Positions 48,861-61,590 of a stretch of 64,000 nt of DNA are shown piece after piece. The stretch lies in the NCBI RefSeq assembly GCF_023055435.1, contig NW_025963779.1, forward strand, positions 76,694,001-76,758,000, read 5' to 3'. Position numbers and translations under genes: made by a program. The notes below the pieces were generated by a model, which worked only from the letters and a program-made list of their open reading frames with translations, made no database searches and was not told the origin of the DNA. How positions within the stretch are numbered: the stretch's first letter is position 1; each line of letters starts with the position of its first letter. Source of the stretch: Haliotis rufescens (Eukaryota).

Positions 48861-51450
48861 TCATTTACACATGGCCCTTGGTACAGCCCGAATCGTAAAG
48901 GTGGGAGCTGCATTGGTAATGCCAAGTACTCCTTTCAAAGGTGTTAACGGTCCATCGTCTGGGAGGAACTGGAACTTCTGTATCATGGCCACCAAGAACA
49001 GGAACAACTCCATACGGGCCAAGGACTCTCCAAGACACACTCTGCGACCTGAAGATGAATGAGTTAGTGAGATAGCGCAAATCAATCTGAAGTAGTGTCA
49101 TTGTTGCCTGTCTCAAAGTTATCATATACGAGTGTTGCCAGTTCATGATGAGATAAGCTTTACCTTTGATATTTGTCGACCGGTAATGTGAAGAAATGTT
49201 ACAGCATGGTTTGTGTGAAATGTAACTGCATAATTACCCATAGAGAAGGGGATGAACTCATCTCTCTTCAGGTACTTCCCTTGGTCATCTAGAAATCGCT
49301 CGGGTCTGAAGTTTTGTGGATCACCCCACACAGTTGGATCATGCAGTACCGACTCCAAATTTGGTACGACAGTCACGCCCTTGGGGAACGTGTAGCCCCG
49401 AAACTGGACGTTGTGGAGTACACCGTGAGGAACTGCAAGTGGGGCTATGGTTGAGCATCTATGGACCTCGCTGATGGTGGCTTCGACGTAGGGAAGATCG
49501 GTCTTGTCCTTCATACTAGGTTTTCTACTTTCGCCGATGTGTTCTTGTATCTCCCTGAAACACTTCTCCTGTACTTCCGGGTTGTGCAGGAAGTAAAGAA
49601 GAGTCCAACGGATTGTGGTCGCTGTTGTCTCAGTTCCAGCTATGAATAAATCTCTCACCGTTTTCACCAGGTGACCTCCTAACAGAACAAAAAAACATGA
49701 CAATCAGCAGAAAGGCAGCATACAGTGGATACTCAGTCGATTTTTTTTGGGCCAGACATAACTGGAATAGTCAATTGATGCACGAGAGAACGGCAAAACG
49801 ATCATCAGCATAGAAACAGGTTTACTCCTTTCAGAAATATATTTTCTCTACAAGAAATATGTTTGCGTAAGCACATTGTTTCTGCTTAACATTGATATTG
49901 TATTTTAATTCAAGATGAGGTGAAATGGGGTTTAACGTCGCGTTCAAAATGNNNNNNNNNNNNNNNNNNNNNNNNNNNNNNNNNNNNNNNNNNNNNNNNN
50001 NNNNNNNNNNNNNNNNNNNNNNNNNNNNNNNNNNNNNNNNNNNNNNNNNNNNNNNNNNNNNNNNNNNNNNNNNNNNNNNNNNNNNNNNNNGTTTTCATAG
50101 TGCTTGCCCACTGAGATACCACCTCTAACGTCTTTTGGTATGACGCGGCCGGGAATCGAACCCACGACCTTCCGCTCTCCGGGCAGACACTCTATCCAAT
50201 TTAGGCTTAACCTCAAATGTAAATATAATTCCATATAATCATGGAGTATGGTGTTATTAAGATAGTTCTTTGTCAACTTACTATCAAACGTCTCGTCGCT
50301 CCCACGGAGTTTCATTTCCTTGATGTAAGCTGTGATGAAATCGTCCACATTGTCTTCGTCGTAATTATTGAAATGTTCCTCAACATCTTTTTCAATTTCA
50401 CCCTTTTCTACTATAGCAATATTTTGCATAAGTTTTTTAAATTTGAAAAAGTCTCCTGGGATAAATCTCACAATTGGAAACATGTTCAGGATGTTTGCTG
50501 CCCCGAGTGTCGCCAAGATTATATCTGTAGATTTTAAGAACTTTACAAACCTCGGATCAGTATATTCGAATTGCTTCCCCAAACAAACAGCGCATATGAT
50601 ATTGGCCACGGCGTTGTGCACGAGTCGTTTACAGTCAAAGGCAAGTCCATCCTTGTCCTCAATTGCTTTCAAGAAGACCGTCAACTCGTCGTGTATTTTG
50701 GCCTCCAGCAGGGACCTCCCCATCCCAAAATCTCTGAGTGTTGTTAAAGCAAATTTTCTTTGTTCTTTCCAGTGGGCACCTGAGGTCCCCGCTACCCCTG
50801 AAATGGTGAAAGTAAGGTGAGGTGAAATGTCGCGCTGAAGATTATTTCACTCATATTGTCACTTGTATGCACGTGTGTAATTTGGCTGCTTGTACTCGTC
50901 CGGACTTTTGCCGATTTTATAGTACTAGCCTACTGACATACCATGCGGCAGTTTAACATGGATACACCATTCAGAAACATTATACTGACAACGAGCTGGC
51001 CTCTCCCGTTGTTAACCTCCTATTCCAAGCGCAATGAGAAAAAGATCACAAAATACCATTTCACATACCTTTGCCTCGTGCAAAAAACTCCGTAATAAAC
51101 GATTTTGGTCTTTCTGAGAAAACGTCACCATTCTTGACAAGGGCCTCTTTGATGGCGCTGTACCCGCTCAGGACAATAACTGGCTCATTGAAGATGTACA
51201 CGCTGAAGATGTCGCCGTATTGACGTCGCAGTTTGCTGAAAGTCACTCGGGGATCGGCATCCATTTGAAAAATGTTGCCCACCAGTGGCAGAAGAGGGGG
51301 GCCGGGGGGAAGACCGGGGAGACGCCGCGTTGACAGCCACAGAATTAGTAATACAGTGATACACACCAGTATCAGAGATGTATTAAACATCAACAGTCCC
51401 GCCAATAGAGTTATGGCTGCCAAAGTTGCAGCAGAGCCGGAGCTGACCAT
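48861..51450 (-). CDS. Cytochrome P450, clan 2 (CYP2-like), paralogue E; exons 51450-51069, 50797-50282, 49678-49238, 49048-48861; 508 aa; canonical I-helix
   Basis: PPGP, WKEQR, DLFIAGTETT, EVHR, FRPERF and PFSMGRRVCLGE. GT-AG phase-1 introns at the same positions as A; 1527-nt open frame. Confidence 0.95.
49915..50195 (-). mobile_element. SINE family 3 spanning an N gap in CYP-E intron 2
   Basis: Head (GGTTCGATTCCCGGCCGCGTCATACC on the - strand) and tail (GAGGTGAAATGGGGTTTAACGTCGCG) lie on either side of the gap. Confidence 0.75.
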
Positions 51451-51769
51451 ACTTGCAGCCGTACGTATGTAGTGTCTACGGTAAACTGCCTTGTTATTAT
51501 CGCTCGCTACACGTTCCCCGGCACGAGGCGAGGTTAGGAGGTGGAGAGTTGTTTTGGTGTAAACTAGGTCATTGTGGTGTTGTTGTTCTCTTTGGGCCGT
51601 GTGCAGGGTGACACCGAGAAGTGCCAGTACACGTGGGCCCAGGGAAGAATTGGGTTACATAGACTGGCGGCAAGTGTTGGACGACACGAGACATGAAACT
51701 GGTATTGTTTATGGACTCAATGAATCAATCAATGAATCAATCAAAATAAAGAGGCCAATCGTCTATAGT

Positions 51770-52035
51770 GATGTGAGGTGAAATGGAGTTTACCGTCGCG
51801 TCCAAGATTATTGCACTTATATTGTGACTTGCATGCACATGTGTGTGTGTGGGGGGGGGGGGGGGGGGGGGGGGGACTGATGCCGATTTTATGTCCAAGC
51901 ACACTGAGATACCATACCGCAGTTTAACATGAATACCCCACTCAGGCAGCCGAGCGCCAGACAGGGTAGCAACAAGTACTATCTTTTAACGTTTTTGGGT
52001 ATGACGCAAACGCACTGCTACTAGACCACGAAGGT
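51770..52035 (-). mobile_element. Degenerate SINE family 3 containing a poly-G run
   Basis: Matches 55698-56047 with deletions; G run at 51851-51876. Confidence 0.7.
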
Positions 52036-52197
52036 GACCCAGGTCTATAAAGTGCATACGACAGTGGTATTGCACACAATTTGAACTATTATTTACAAAC
52101 TGGGTTATGTATAACAGTGCGTGGTACATATACATAGTTGGTTGGTAGTCTGTCCAAGGTCCGATTTGCAAGTTTGAAAGTCTGGTCTAGTGTTTCC

Positions 52198-52436
52198 TTG
52201 TTTGTTTGTTGTTTAACGCCGCACTCAGCAATATTCCAGTTATATGACAGCGGTCTGTAAATAATCGAGTCTGGACCAAACAATCCAGTGGTTGACATCA
52301 TGAGCATCGATCCACGCAATTGGGATCGATGAGATGCATCAACCAAGTCAGCGAGCCTGACCACCCGATCCCGTTATTCGCCACTTACGACAAGCATGGC
52401 ATGCTGAAGACCTATTCTACCCCGGATCTTCACGGG
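52198..52436 (-). mobile_element. SINE-like family 4, full-length
   Basis: Starts CCCGTGAAGATCCGGGGTAGAATAGGTCTTCAGC and ends GCGGCGTTAAACAACAAACAAAC. Further copies at about 52780-53022, 54260-54496, 58330-58579, 59838-60024, 27775-28133, 33415-33720, 36735-37090 and 46548-46860. Confidence 0.8.
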
Positions 52437-54586
52437 TAACATTTACATGGTCACGTTTTGCATTATTAATGTTTATAGCCTGGTTAACATTTGCCGGAAA
52501 TTATTTCATAATAGTTGGATCATCAACGTGGTATACAGGAATATTTTTTTCTCACAATGTAGTACAATGGGCATACAAGTGAAGAGTGATATTTATCCTC
52601 TGTCTTGGCTATTACACATTTTACATAATCGTTCTGACCTTGGGGTTCTAGGGCGCGTTGCAAGCCACGAATCGCTTAGAGAAAGCAAGTTCATCGCTCA
52701 ACCCGGGGTCTGCAACAGTTCGAAGCGCTTGCGCACTCTTCCAAAATGGCGGCGCAACTACCGCTTGGTTGCCTTGACGTTTGTTTGTTTGTTGTTTAAC
52801 GCCGCACTCAGCAATCTTCTAGCTATATGACGGCGGTTTGTAAATATTCGAGTCTGGACCAGACAATCCAGTAATTGCCATCGTGAGCATCGATCAACGG
52901 AATTTAGACACAATGACATGCATCAACCAAGTCAGCGAGCCTGACCACCCGATCCCTTTAGTCTACTCTTACGACAAGCATGGGTTACTGAAGACCAATT
53001 CTAACCAAGATCTTCACTGGGGCTCACATGTACTAGTCAAATAACACGTCTGGCATGAAATAATTGTCAATCAGTTGGTAGGAAACTGTTTCATAGGCCA
53101 TGTCCCGTGAAACCATTTTCCTGAGGCAAGGGAGTTAACTGACTTTAAAAGGTCCCACTAAATAACTAACATTTCTGATCGTCGCTTCACCAGTGGCTGT
53201 TACGAGTTACGTCCCTTCAATTTACCACACTACTGGCCGTTCAGAATCCAGCTCATGTGATTCATGTGCATGTACCCACTCAAGACGATTTCATCGATAA
53301 TAAATATACATATTGCAATAAAACGGGGTTTACCTTGCAAAGTGCATCAAATCGCTTGAGCATCTTGATTTAAAACATGAAAGGATTTATCTTTCTACGC
53401 CTAGTTAATGTTATACTTGCTCTGCAAATCCTGCAATCGAACGAATTCGGCACGGGAGTTGCCATGTTGTTTGCGAACCGGATGTCAATTTCGTACGTGT
53501 TTTTAATTTGACTATGCATTAGCATGTGTTTATCAATCACTATCAAATAGTCATGATACCAGGGGTTTGCGAAAAGGTGAACGTATCCTTCTCAGACGGT
53601 GGATACCAGCACAAACACACGCAAAGGCAAGTAAACTGTTCACCTGAAAAAAAAACACACGTGAAGTAATGTAATGGGACCGCGGACGTCTATTGTTAAG
53701 CTGCTGACAGTCATGACATTTTTTGTTGGAGGTTGTTTCATTGTTTGTATTTCCAAAACCTCTAACTTGTGTTATCAGACTATATCTGATCGTGTATAAG
53801 TTTGTGTGTGTCATCAGTAACATGTGTGCCAGTTTCCTCAGAATGTATTACTGAAACACAAAGAGAAGTAAATAATGTGCTTAAAGTAGGTTCTCTGATA
53901 AGTTGTTTCGTTAGGAAGTTGTATGGATGTCAAGTGATTTGTTTTTCACCAAAACTATTTTAAACTGAACTGATCGCAGAAGATCCGTATAACAGCAGTG
54001 TGCTGTATCTGAGATAGGTAGTGTTTTCATTCTAACTGGCTAACTGAAAAAAAGAAGAGTGTTTATCCGTAGTTTCTATTGTGCCCAATGCCAATATTAT
54101 CTACCATGCCAAATTCACTATTGACAACTGAGACATACAGGTAAACTCTAAAAGGTAGTATTTTTTGCGCTCGGAATAAACAGCGGCATGGTATCTCAGT
54201 GGGCAAGTACAATAAAATCGGCAAAAGTCCGGACAAGTACAAGCGGCCAAATTGTACTTCAGGTCTTCAGCAACCCATTCTTGGCGTAAAAGGTGACTAT
54301 GCTTGTCATAAGAGGCGAATAACGGGATCGGGTGGTCAGGCTCGCAGTCTTGGTTGATGCATGTCGTCGTATCCCAATTGCGTGGATCGATGCTCAAAAC
54401 GTCAATCACTGGAGTGTCTGGTCCAGACTCGATTATTTACAGAGCGCCGTCACATAGCTGGACCTCCTGATTGCGACGTTAAACAACAAACAAACCATAC
54501 CATCATGCCTTAACTTGCAACTAACCCTTACGTGATAAATATTGGGACAGGCAAAGTATTATACATCAATAGTTTGATTTCCGCAA

Positions 54587-54895
54587 ACTCACTCATTCAT
54601 TTTCAGGTCACAGAGTGTGTCTGAGAGTCTTTGACAATGGACCATTGACCTCCTTGAAGGGAAAATTTGGCCTTACTAATACAGCTCCTACCTTTTCGTG
54701 AATAATGTGAATTCATGTGAATAATTTTCATCCAAGTTCAGTTCATTTTCAAGGATTCACAGAAAAAACGTTAATACATAAACATTTTTTGACAACAAGT
54801 GATTTCTTTCCGTATACACGTGGGTTCACGTCTTGCATTTTGTCATGCTATATATAGGCATAAAATAATTTGGTAAGAAGAACGAGATAGCGTCT
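54587..54895 (+). pseudogene. Inverted relic of a CYP-E-like exon 4 plus 3' UTR
   Basis: ACTCATTCATTTTCAG|GTCACAGAGTGTGTCT..GACAATGGACCATTGACCTCCTTGAAGGGA..ACTAATACAGCTCCTACCTTT aligns to the E intron-3 acceptor and exon 4 with an internal deletion. 54780-54895 aligns to the E 3' flank (48690-48810, reverse complement). Confidence 0.75.
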
Positions 54896-54900
54896 CCTTT

Positions 54901-55047
54901 AGTGAGTGAGTGAGTGAGTGAGTTTGGTTTTACGCCGCTTTTAGCAATTCCAGCAATATCACGGCGGGGGACACCAGAAATGGGCTTCACACATTGTACC
55001 CATGTCGGGATTCGAACGCTTTAACCACTAGGCTACCCGACCGCCCC
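54901..55047 (-). mobile_element. SINE family 2, internally deleted
   Basis: TSD GTCTCCTTTAG. Confidence 0.85.
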
Positions 55048-55417
55048 TGTCTCCTTTAGACACGTATATTAGACTATATTGATTTTAGTGACAATGATTT
55101 GTTGGAAGACCATTTGTTTAACCTAACGTCAATTTAGCTTGAACAGAAAAGTACAACATTGAATAAATAGTTTATTCTGAGTTACATATAGCATATAAGG
55201 GACTGGTGTATAACTTGATTAAAGATACAGAACTAAAGGAATGAATTTAATTGACAGTTATCAGCTGGCAAAATATTAGCCTCGATATGTTTTGATTCAG
55301 ATGTGTCAAACATGTCACATGAAGTGGTGTTGATTCTTTGTTTGTTTGTTTCGTTGTTTGTTTAACGCTGCAGTCAGTAATGCTCTATATCACGCCCTGT
55401 AAAGACAAGTCTGGTTC

Positions 55418-55600
55418 AGTGAGTGAGTGAGTGAGTGAGTGAGTGAGTATGGTTTTACGCCGCCTTTAGCAATATTCCAGCAACATCACGACGGGGGACA
55501 CCAGAAATGGGCTTCACATATTGTATCCATGTCGGGAATCGAACCCGGGTCTTCGGCGTGACGAGCGAACGCTTTAACCACTAGGCTACCCGACCGCCCC
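55418..55600 (-). mobile_element. SINE family 2
   Basis: TSD AAGTCTGGTTCAG; long (GAGT)n tail. Confidence 0.9.
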
Positions 55601-55697
55601 AAGTCTGGTTCAGATGAACAGTTGCAAGTATTTGATGTATAAGCAAGTCGTGGAACGTTACTCATGGAACTTTTTATGGTTATATGGAGATTACAGA

Positions 55698-56047
55698 CGA
55701 GGTGAGGTGAAATGGGGTTTAACGTCGCGTCCAAGAGTATTGCACTTATATCGCGACGTGCATGCACGTGTGTGTGTGTGTGGCTCTTGCACTAGACCGT
55801 CTGATGCCGATTTATAGTGCTAGCCCACTGAGATACCATGCCGAAGTTTAACATGAATACCCCACTCTGACACAGTATACTGACTCCGAGCCGACCAGTC
55901 CTTGTTTTAGTCCCTTAATGCCGAGCGCCAGACAGGGTAACAACAAGTACCATATTTTAACGTCTTTGGTATGACGCGGCCGGGGGTCGAACCCGGACCT
56001 TCCGCTCTCCGGGCAGACGCTCTACCACTAGACCACGGAGGCGGTCG
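55698..56047 (-). mobile_element. Full-length tRNA-derived SINE family 3, starting about 30 bp after the CYP-F stop
   Basis: A box TGGTCTAGTGG and B box GGTTCGACCCC on the - strand; (CACCT)n tail. Confidence 0.88.
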
Positions 56048-56075
56048 ACATGGAGATTACAAGACCAATGAGTAG

Positions 56076-59000
56076 TTATTTTGCCCTTGGTATTGCCTTC
56101 ATGTTGAACTGCTGCGGGCGGTAGACGATGCCGGGCAGTCCCTGTAGAGATGGGCTCACCCCGTCTACAGGCCGGAATTCGAACTCCTGTATCATGCTGG
56201 TGGTAAAGAGGAAGAGTTCCATTCGTGCCAAGGCCTCGCCAAGGCATGCTCGGTGACCTGAAAATAACACACAGAGAACATTAAGCTGGGGTCTGGATAA
56301 TTAGGAAATATTATATACAGAAAAACTATAAACAGGCCATTATACTGACAAAAACAGGTATCGTATGTGCCGATACTTATACCGACAGATGAAGAGCTGT
56401 ATAAACAGATCCTAATACTGACAGAGACAGGGATCGTATAAACAGATCCTTACGCCGACAGAGACAGGGATCATATAATAAATACAGATGCTTATGCCGA
56501 CAGAGACAGGGATCATATAATAAATACAGATGCTTATGCCGACAGAGACAGGGATCATATAATAAATACAGATCATTATGCCGACAGAGACAGGGATCGG
56601 ATACACAGATCCTTATGCCGACAGAGACAGAGATCATATAATAAATACAGATCATTATGCCGACAGAGACAGGGATCGGATACACAGATCCTTATGCCGA
56701 CAGAGACAGGGATCATATAATAAATACAGATCATTACGCCGACAGAGACAGGGATCGGATACACAGATCCTTATGCCGACAGAGACAGGGATCATATAAT
56801 AAATACAGATCATTATGCCGACAGAGACAGGGATCGGATACACAGATCCTTATGCCGACAGAGACAGGGATCATATAATAAATACAGATCATTACGCCGA
56901 CAGAGACAGGGATCGGATACACAGATCCTTATGCCGACAGAGACAGGGATCATATAATAAATACAGATCATTATGCCGACAGAGACAGGGATCATATAAT
57001 AAATACAGATCATTATGCCGACAGAGACAGGGATCGGATACACAGATCCTTATGCCGACAGAGACAGGGATCATATAATAAATACAGATCATTATGCCGA
57101 CAGAGACAGGGATCATATAATAAATACAGATCCTTATGCCGACAGAGACAGGGATCATATAATAAATACAGATCCTTATGCCGACAGAGACAGGGATCAT
57201 ATAATAAATACAGATCATAATACCGGAAGAGACAGAGATCGTATATACAGATCCTTATGCTGACAGAGACAGGAATGGTATAGACACGTCCTTATACCGA
57301 CAGAGACACATCGTATTCTCGAATACGTTTACCGACAGAGAAGGGATCGTGAATTCAGTCCCCTATTAAAAACAGTAATATTTCATGTGATCTTTCAGCC
57401 TTATTTCATGCCAGATCTGAAACCTGAGTTGGGTTGCGTGTGTAAATGCTTACCGAGGGAGAACGGAATATGCTCATTCATCTTCTGAAACTTCCCTTCA
57501 GTGTCCAGAAATCTGTCTGGCCGGAAGTTCCTAGGATCGCCCCAGTGATCCGGGTCATGTAGGGCAGAGCTCAACATAGGTAATACGGTGATTCCTTCAG
57601 GGAAGGTGTATCCCCGGAACTCTACGTCATGGGGTACAGAGTGAGGCAGACTGCTTGGTATGATGTCGGCACACCTCAGTATCTCGGTAACCGTTGCCTC
57701 GACGTACGGTAAGCTGGTCTTGTCCTTCATGGAGGGTCGTCTGCTTTGCCCGACGTTTTCTAGGATCTCCTGGAAACACTTTTCTTGTACATCCGGATAA
57801 TTGAGGAAATACACCAGACCCCATCGGAGGACAGTAGCTGTGGTTTCAGAGCCGGCAATGAACAGGTCTCTAAGGCACGTCTCTAGATTCCCATCTACAA
57901 CATATAATCAAAGAAAATAGGAATTCTACAAATACATGTAAAACCAGTCGCCAGTCAGTGTTTCTTTAACCACTGCATTCTCTCCTTAAAGTCGCTTTAA
58001 ATGTGTTGAGGGTATTTTAATTATCTTGACTATTTTGAGTGGTCGGTTATTAAATTGTTCAAGCTAAGTAAATAGACATTCACCTGCTGGCCACTTGACT
58101 AGCAAGGATGGATTCAGATTACTTGGATCGAGAAAGGCAAATATAAATTGCCGAGATCATATTGGTTACATTCACGGGCTGTGAAGTCATGAACACCGTC
58201 GATGGTTTCGGGTGACGTGTCCTCTTACGGTATAAACTCGCGCAGTTTCTCAGACAAAAGACGCCATTAAGACCACTGTTTGTTTGAGAAAAAACATAAA
58301 TCTTCTGTTTGTTTGTTTATATATTTATTTGTTAAACGCCGCACTCAGCAATATTCCAGCTATATGACAGTGGTCTGTAAATAATCGAGTCTGAACTACA
58401 CAATCCAGTGATTGATATCATGAGCATCGATCCACACAATTGGGATACGATGACATGCATCAACCAAGTCAGCAAGTCTGACCACCCGATCCCGTTATTC
58501 GCCACTTACGACAAGCATAGTCGCCTTTTACAGCAAGCATTGGATCCCGAAGACCTATTCTACACGGATCTCCACGGGTCCATAACTCTTCGGAAACTCT
58601 GGATTACGGATGGTTAGTTCCCCCTCAATTCAAACCGGCGATACTCAAATTAACAACATTTTGTTACTGTTGCATTGATGTTCTCTGCATTTTCTAGTAT
58701 GTTCGATGATTTATGAAACCTCACCACTCATATTCGTGTCTTGACCTTCCTGACGGCGCCGTTGTATGGCCTTGATATAAGCAGAGGTGAAGTTGGTGAC
58801 GTTACTGTCATCGTAGTTGTTCCTGTTGTCTTCAATAAACGGACGAATTATTTCTTTATCAATCATAGATATATTTCGAAGAGTTTGCTTAAATTTGAAT
58901 AAGTCCCCCGGTAAATAGCGAACAATGGGCAAAACGTTGAGGACATTGGCTGTGCCAATGTTTCTGATGTTCTCGTCCAGGCATTTCATAAACTTGACAA

Positions 59001-59249
59001 ACAAAGGATCGGTGTATTCAAACCGTTTTCCGGAAACCACAGAACTGATGATGTTCGCTACAGCGTTGTTGAGAACGCGGTTACAATTGAAGTCCGTGTG
59101 GACACATTCGTGGATGGCCTGAAGAAAGAACGATAACTCTTCCTGTATTGCATCCTCGAGAATGGTTTTGCTCATTCCGAATTCTCTGAGAGTGGTAATA
59201 CTAAACTTTCTATGTTCCCGCCAGGTGGCGCCCGTTGAAAACACAAGAC
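56076..59249 (-). CDS. Cytochrome P450, clan 2 (CYP2-like), paralogue F, partial; exons 59249-58725, 57894-57454, 56257-56076; exon 1 not found in the window
   Basis: WREHR, DLFIAGSETT, EILR, FRPDRF and PFSLGHRACLGE; same phase-1 intron positions; open frame through exons 2-4. Confidence 0.92.
56410..57300. repeat. Composite 42/37-bp minisatellite (79-bp dimer) in CYP-F intron 3
   Basis: Units GCCGACAGAGACAGGGATCATATAATAAATACAGATCATTAT and GCCGACAGAGACAGGGATCGGATACACAGATCCTTAT, alternating in the centre. Confidence 0.95.
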
Positions 59250-60691
59250 CTACAGCAAAACAGAAGAAAAATGTATCATATAAATGTGTCATAAAAGTGT
59301 ATCATATACATGTATCACACACTTGAATCACGCACGCACGCATGCACGCACAAAAATTGATAAGAACATGAAGGAAATTTTACAAACTGACATAATACAT
59401 GTTCACTGCATTACAGAATTACTCTTTGAATACCCGCACTACTTAGAAATGTATCTCGTCGCACACAAACGTCTCACATTAGAGCAAATGTAGAAACTTG
59501 TAGGAAATGTAGGAAAACACGGGTTAAGCATCGATTCAAGGCGTGGGGGAACGTATGTCATTTATAGCTTCATATAAGATAGTTACGCGATAAATCGCAA
59601 AGTACAATGAAGAACGAAGCTGGTTTATTTTACGATAAAACGTTGTTCTATCATGACGTCATTTCTTGAGATTCTAGCATCGCAACGCGATGACGTCGTA
59701 GACTGAACGTCGTCGTCATCTTTGAGGGAGAAGTGTCTTGTGAGTTGTGCCCCAATAAATGTAGCTTGGCAACACAGAAAAACGCCACGGCCGAACGACC
59801 GCATCCGAAAGTGGGCGAGATATGGCAATCGGAAATGGTTTTGGTTTTGGTTTGGTTTGTTGTTTAACGCCGCACTCAGCAATAGTCCAGCTATATGACG
59901 GCGGTCTGTAAATAATCGAGTCTGGACCAGACAATCCAGTGAATGATATCATGAGCATCGATCCACGCACTTGGGATTGATGACATGCTTCAACGAAGTC
60001 AGCGAGTCTGACCACCCGATCCCGCAATCGGAATTGGGAGACAATTATATATAATAGCCGTGAACATTGAAAATATCCGGGAACTACCAAACTTAGCCCC
60101 CTGTTCTTAAAATGGACATTGCCGAGGTCGGATTGTATCCATGGAGTCATCACTATTTAAATACAGGTAAATATTTTTAAAGCATGTACCTTTTACTAAC
60201 ATCCTTAAAGAGACTGTATGCCTACATTATGTGGATATCTCATATCAGAAATAAGGACGAGTGGGAGTTGTTTATCGTACAGTAAAACACTGCAGGAAGA
60301 ATACACCAATGTACCAGGATCTTTGAATCACCTTGTCTGTGGGTTTCAGAATGGCGTTAGGTATCAACGACATGCAGCACTTTCCTCCCAGATTCCAGGT
60401 GCCGTGATTATGTTAATTGTAATATTTTACCAAGAATTATTCTTGATTTTAACGTTTGGGTGGCGTTTGTACATGTGTTTTAATGTATCATGCTCCGCTG
60501 ACTTTTATCTTTTTTATGTACAAATGTACCGTAATTGTTAAACTATGTTATTTCACTAACATTTCGAAAACAAACCTTGAATTAATCTTATCCCATTACT
60601 AAGAATTTGAATAAATACGCTGCTATCAATCTTAATCTCAAGTTGTCTCTACCCAAACACCCCTATTATCATTGATAGTCTCTCCCAAACA

Positions 60692-61040
60692 GAGTGAGTA
60701 TGGTTTTACGCCGCTTTTAGCAATATTACAGCAATATCACGGCGGGGGACACCAGAAATGGGCTTCACACATTGTACCCATGTCGGGTATCGAACCCGGG
60801 TCTTCAGCGTGACGAGCGAACGTTTTAACCACTAGGCTACCCGTCCGCCCCACTCCAAAACAGATTATACGGGTTTGTGACTACACGGATTACACTGAGC
60901 CATGGAGAAACCATTCATGCATAGGTAAGACAACCCAGACAAAGTGAATTAGACGTTCGATTCCCGACATGGGTACAATGTGCGAAGCCCATTTCTGGTG
61001 TCCCCAACCGTGATATTGCTGGAATATTGCTAAAAGCGGG
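60692..61040. mobile_element. Two SINE family 2 copies, head to head (60692-60851 -, 60955-61040 + truncated)
   Basis: Both match 30238-30402. Confidence 0.85.
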
Positions 61041-61590
61041 ATAAAACCATACTCACTCATTTATGTTCAAATACAATCAAATACAATACATGAACTTGTG
61101 CTTTTATACAATGTCAAACGTCAAGTGTGGGTGTATAGTGTGCTGTTGTAACTTAACATAGAAATATATTTTCCTTCTGTTGCTCAGTGATTGTAACCTA
61201 ATGAGCTTGTGATATTTGTATGTTGTAGGTTTTCCTTATTGTCTACGTTGAGATGGAATAAAACATGAATTGACACTCAACCTCGTGTCATATTTGCTGC
61301 CCCACATATATGTTTGCCTTCTGTTCATGTTGGATCACCAAACCTCTGTGACAGGACAGAAATTTATTCACTCACTTATTTGGCAGAAAAATCTAGAAAG
61401 TTTCCTTAATATAATGGCATTTTTGCTTAAATAAATTTATCATATTGAACATAGAAGGCCTCTTAAGCATTATAATGGCAATAGTTTCATTTTTACATCT
61501 CCAAAGTATTCATAAACAAATAAATAGTGATACTCGTCTCTAATAGCATTATATTAGCAAAAGAAACATTTTCTCTATAACAGACGTATA

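Noticed and set aside
53140-54260. Possible Kolobok-like element starting TTAAAAGGTCCCACT
   Set aside because: I could not find a matching opposite terminus or TSD.
56377-57263. Stack of short ORFs on both strands
   Set aside because: Translations of the intronic minisatellite.
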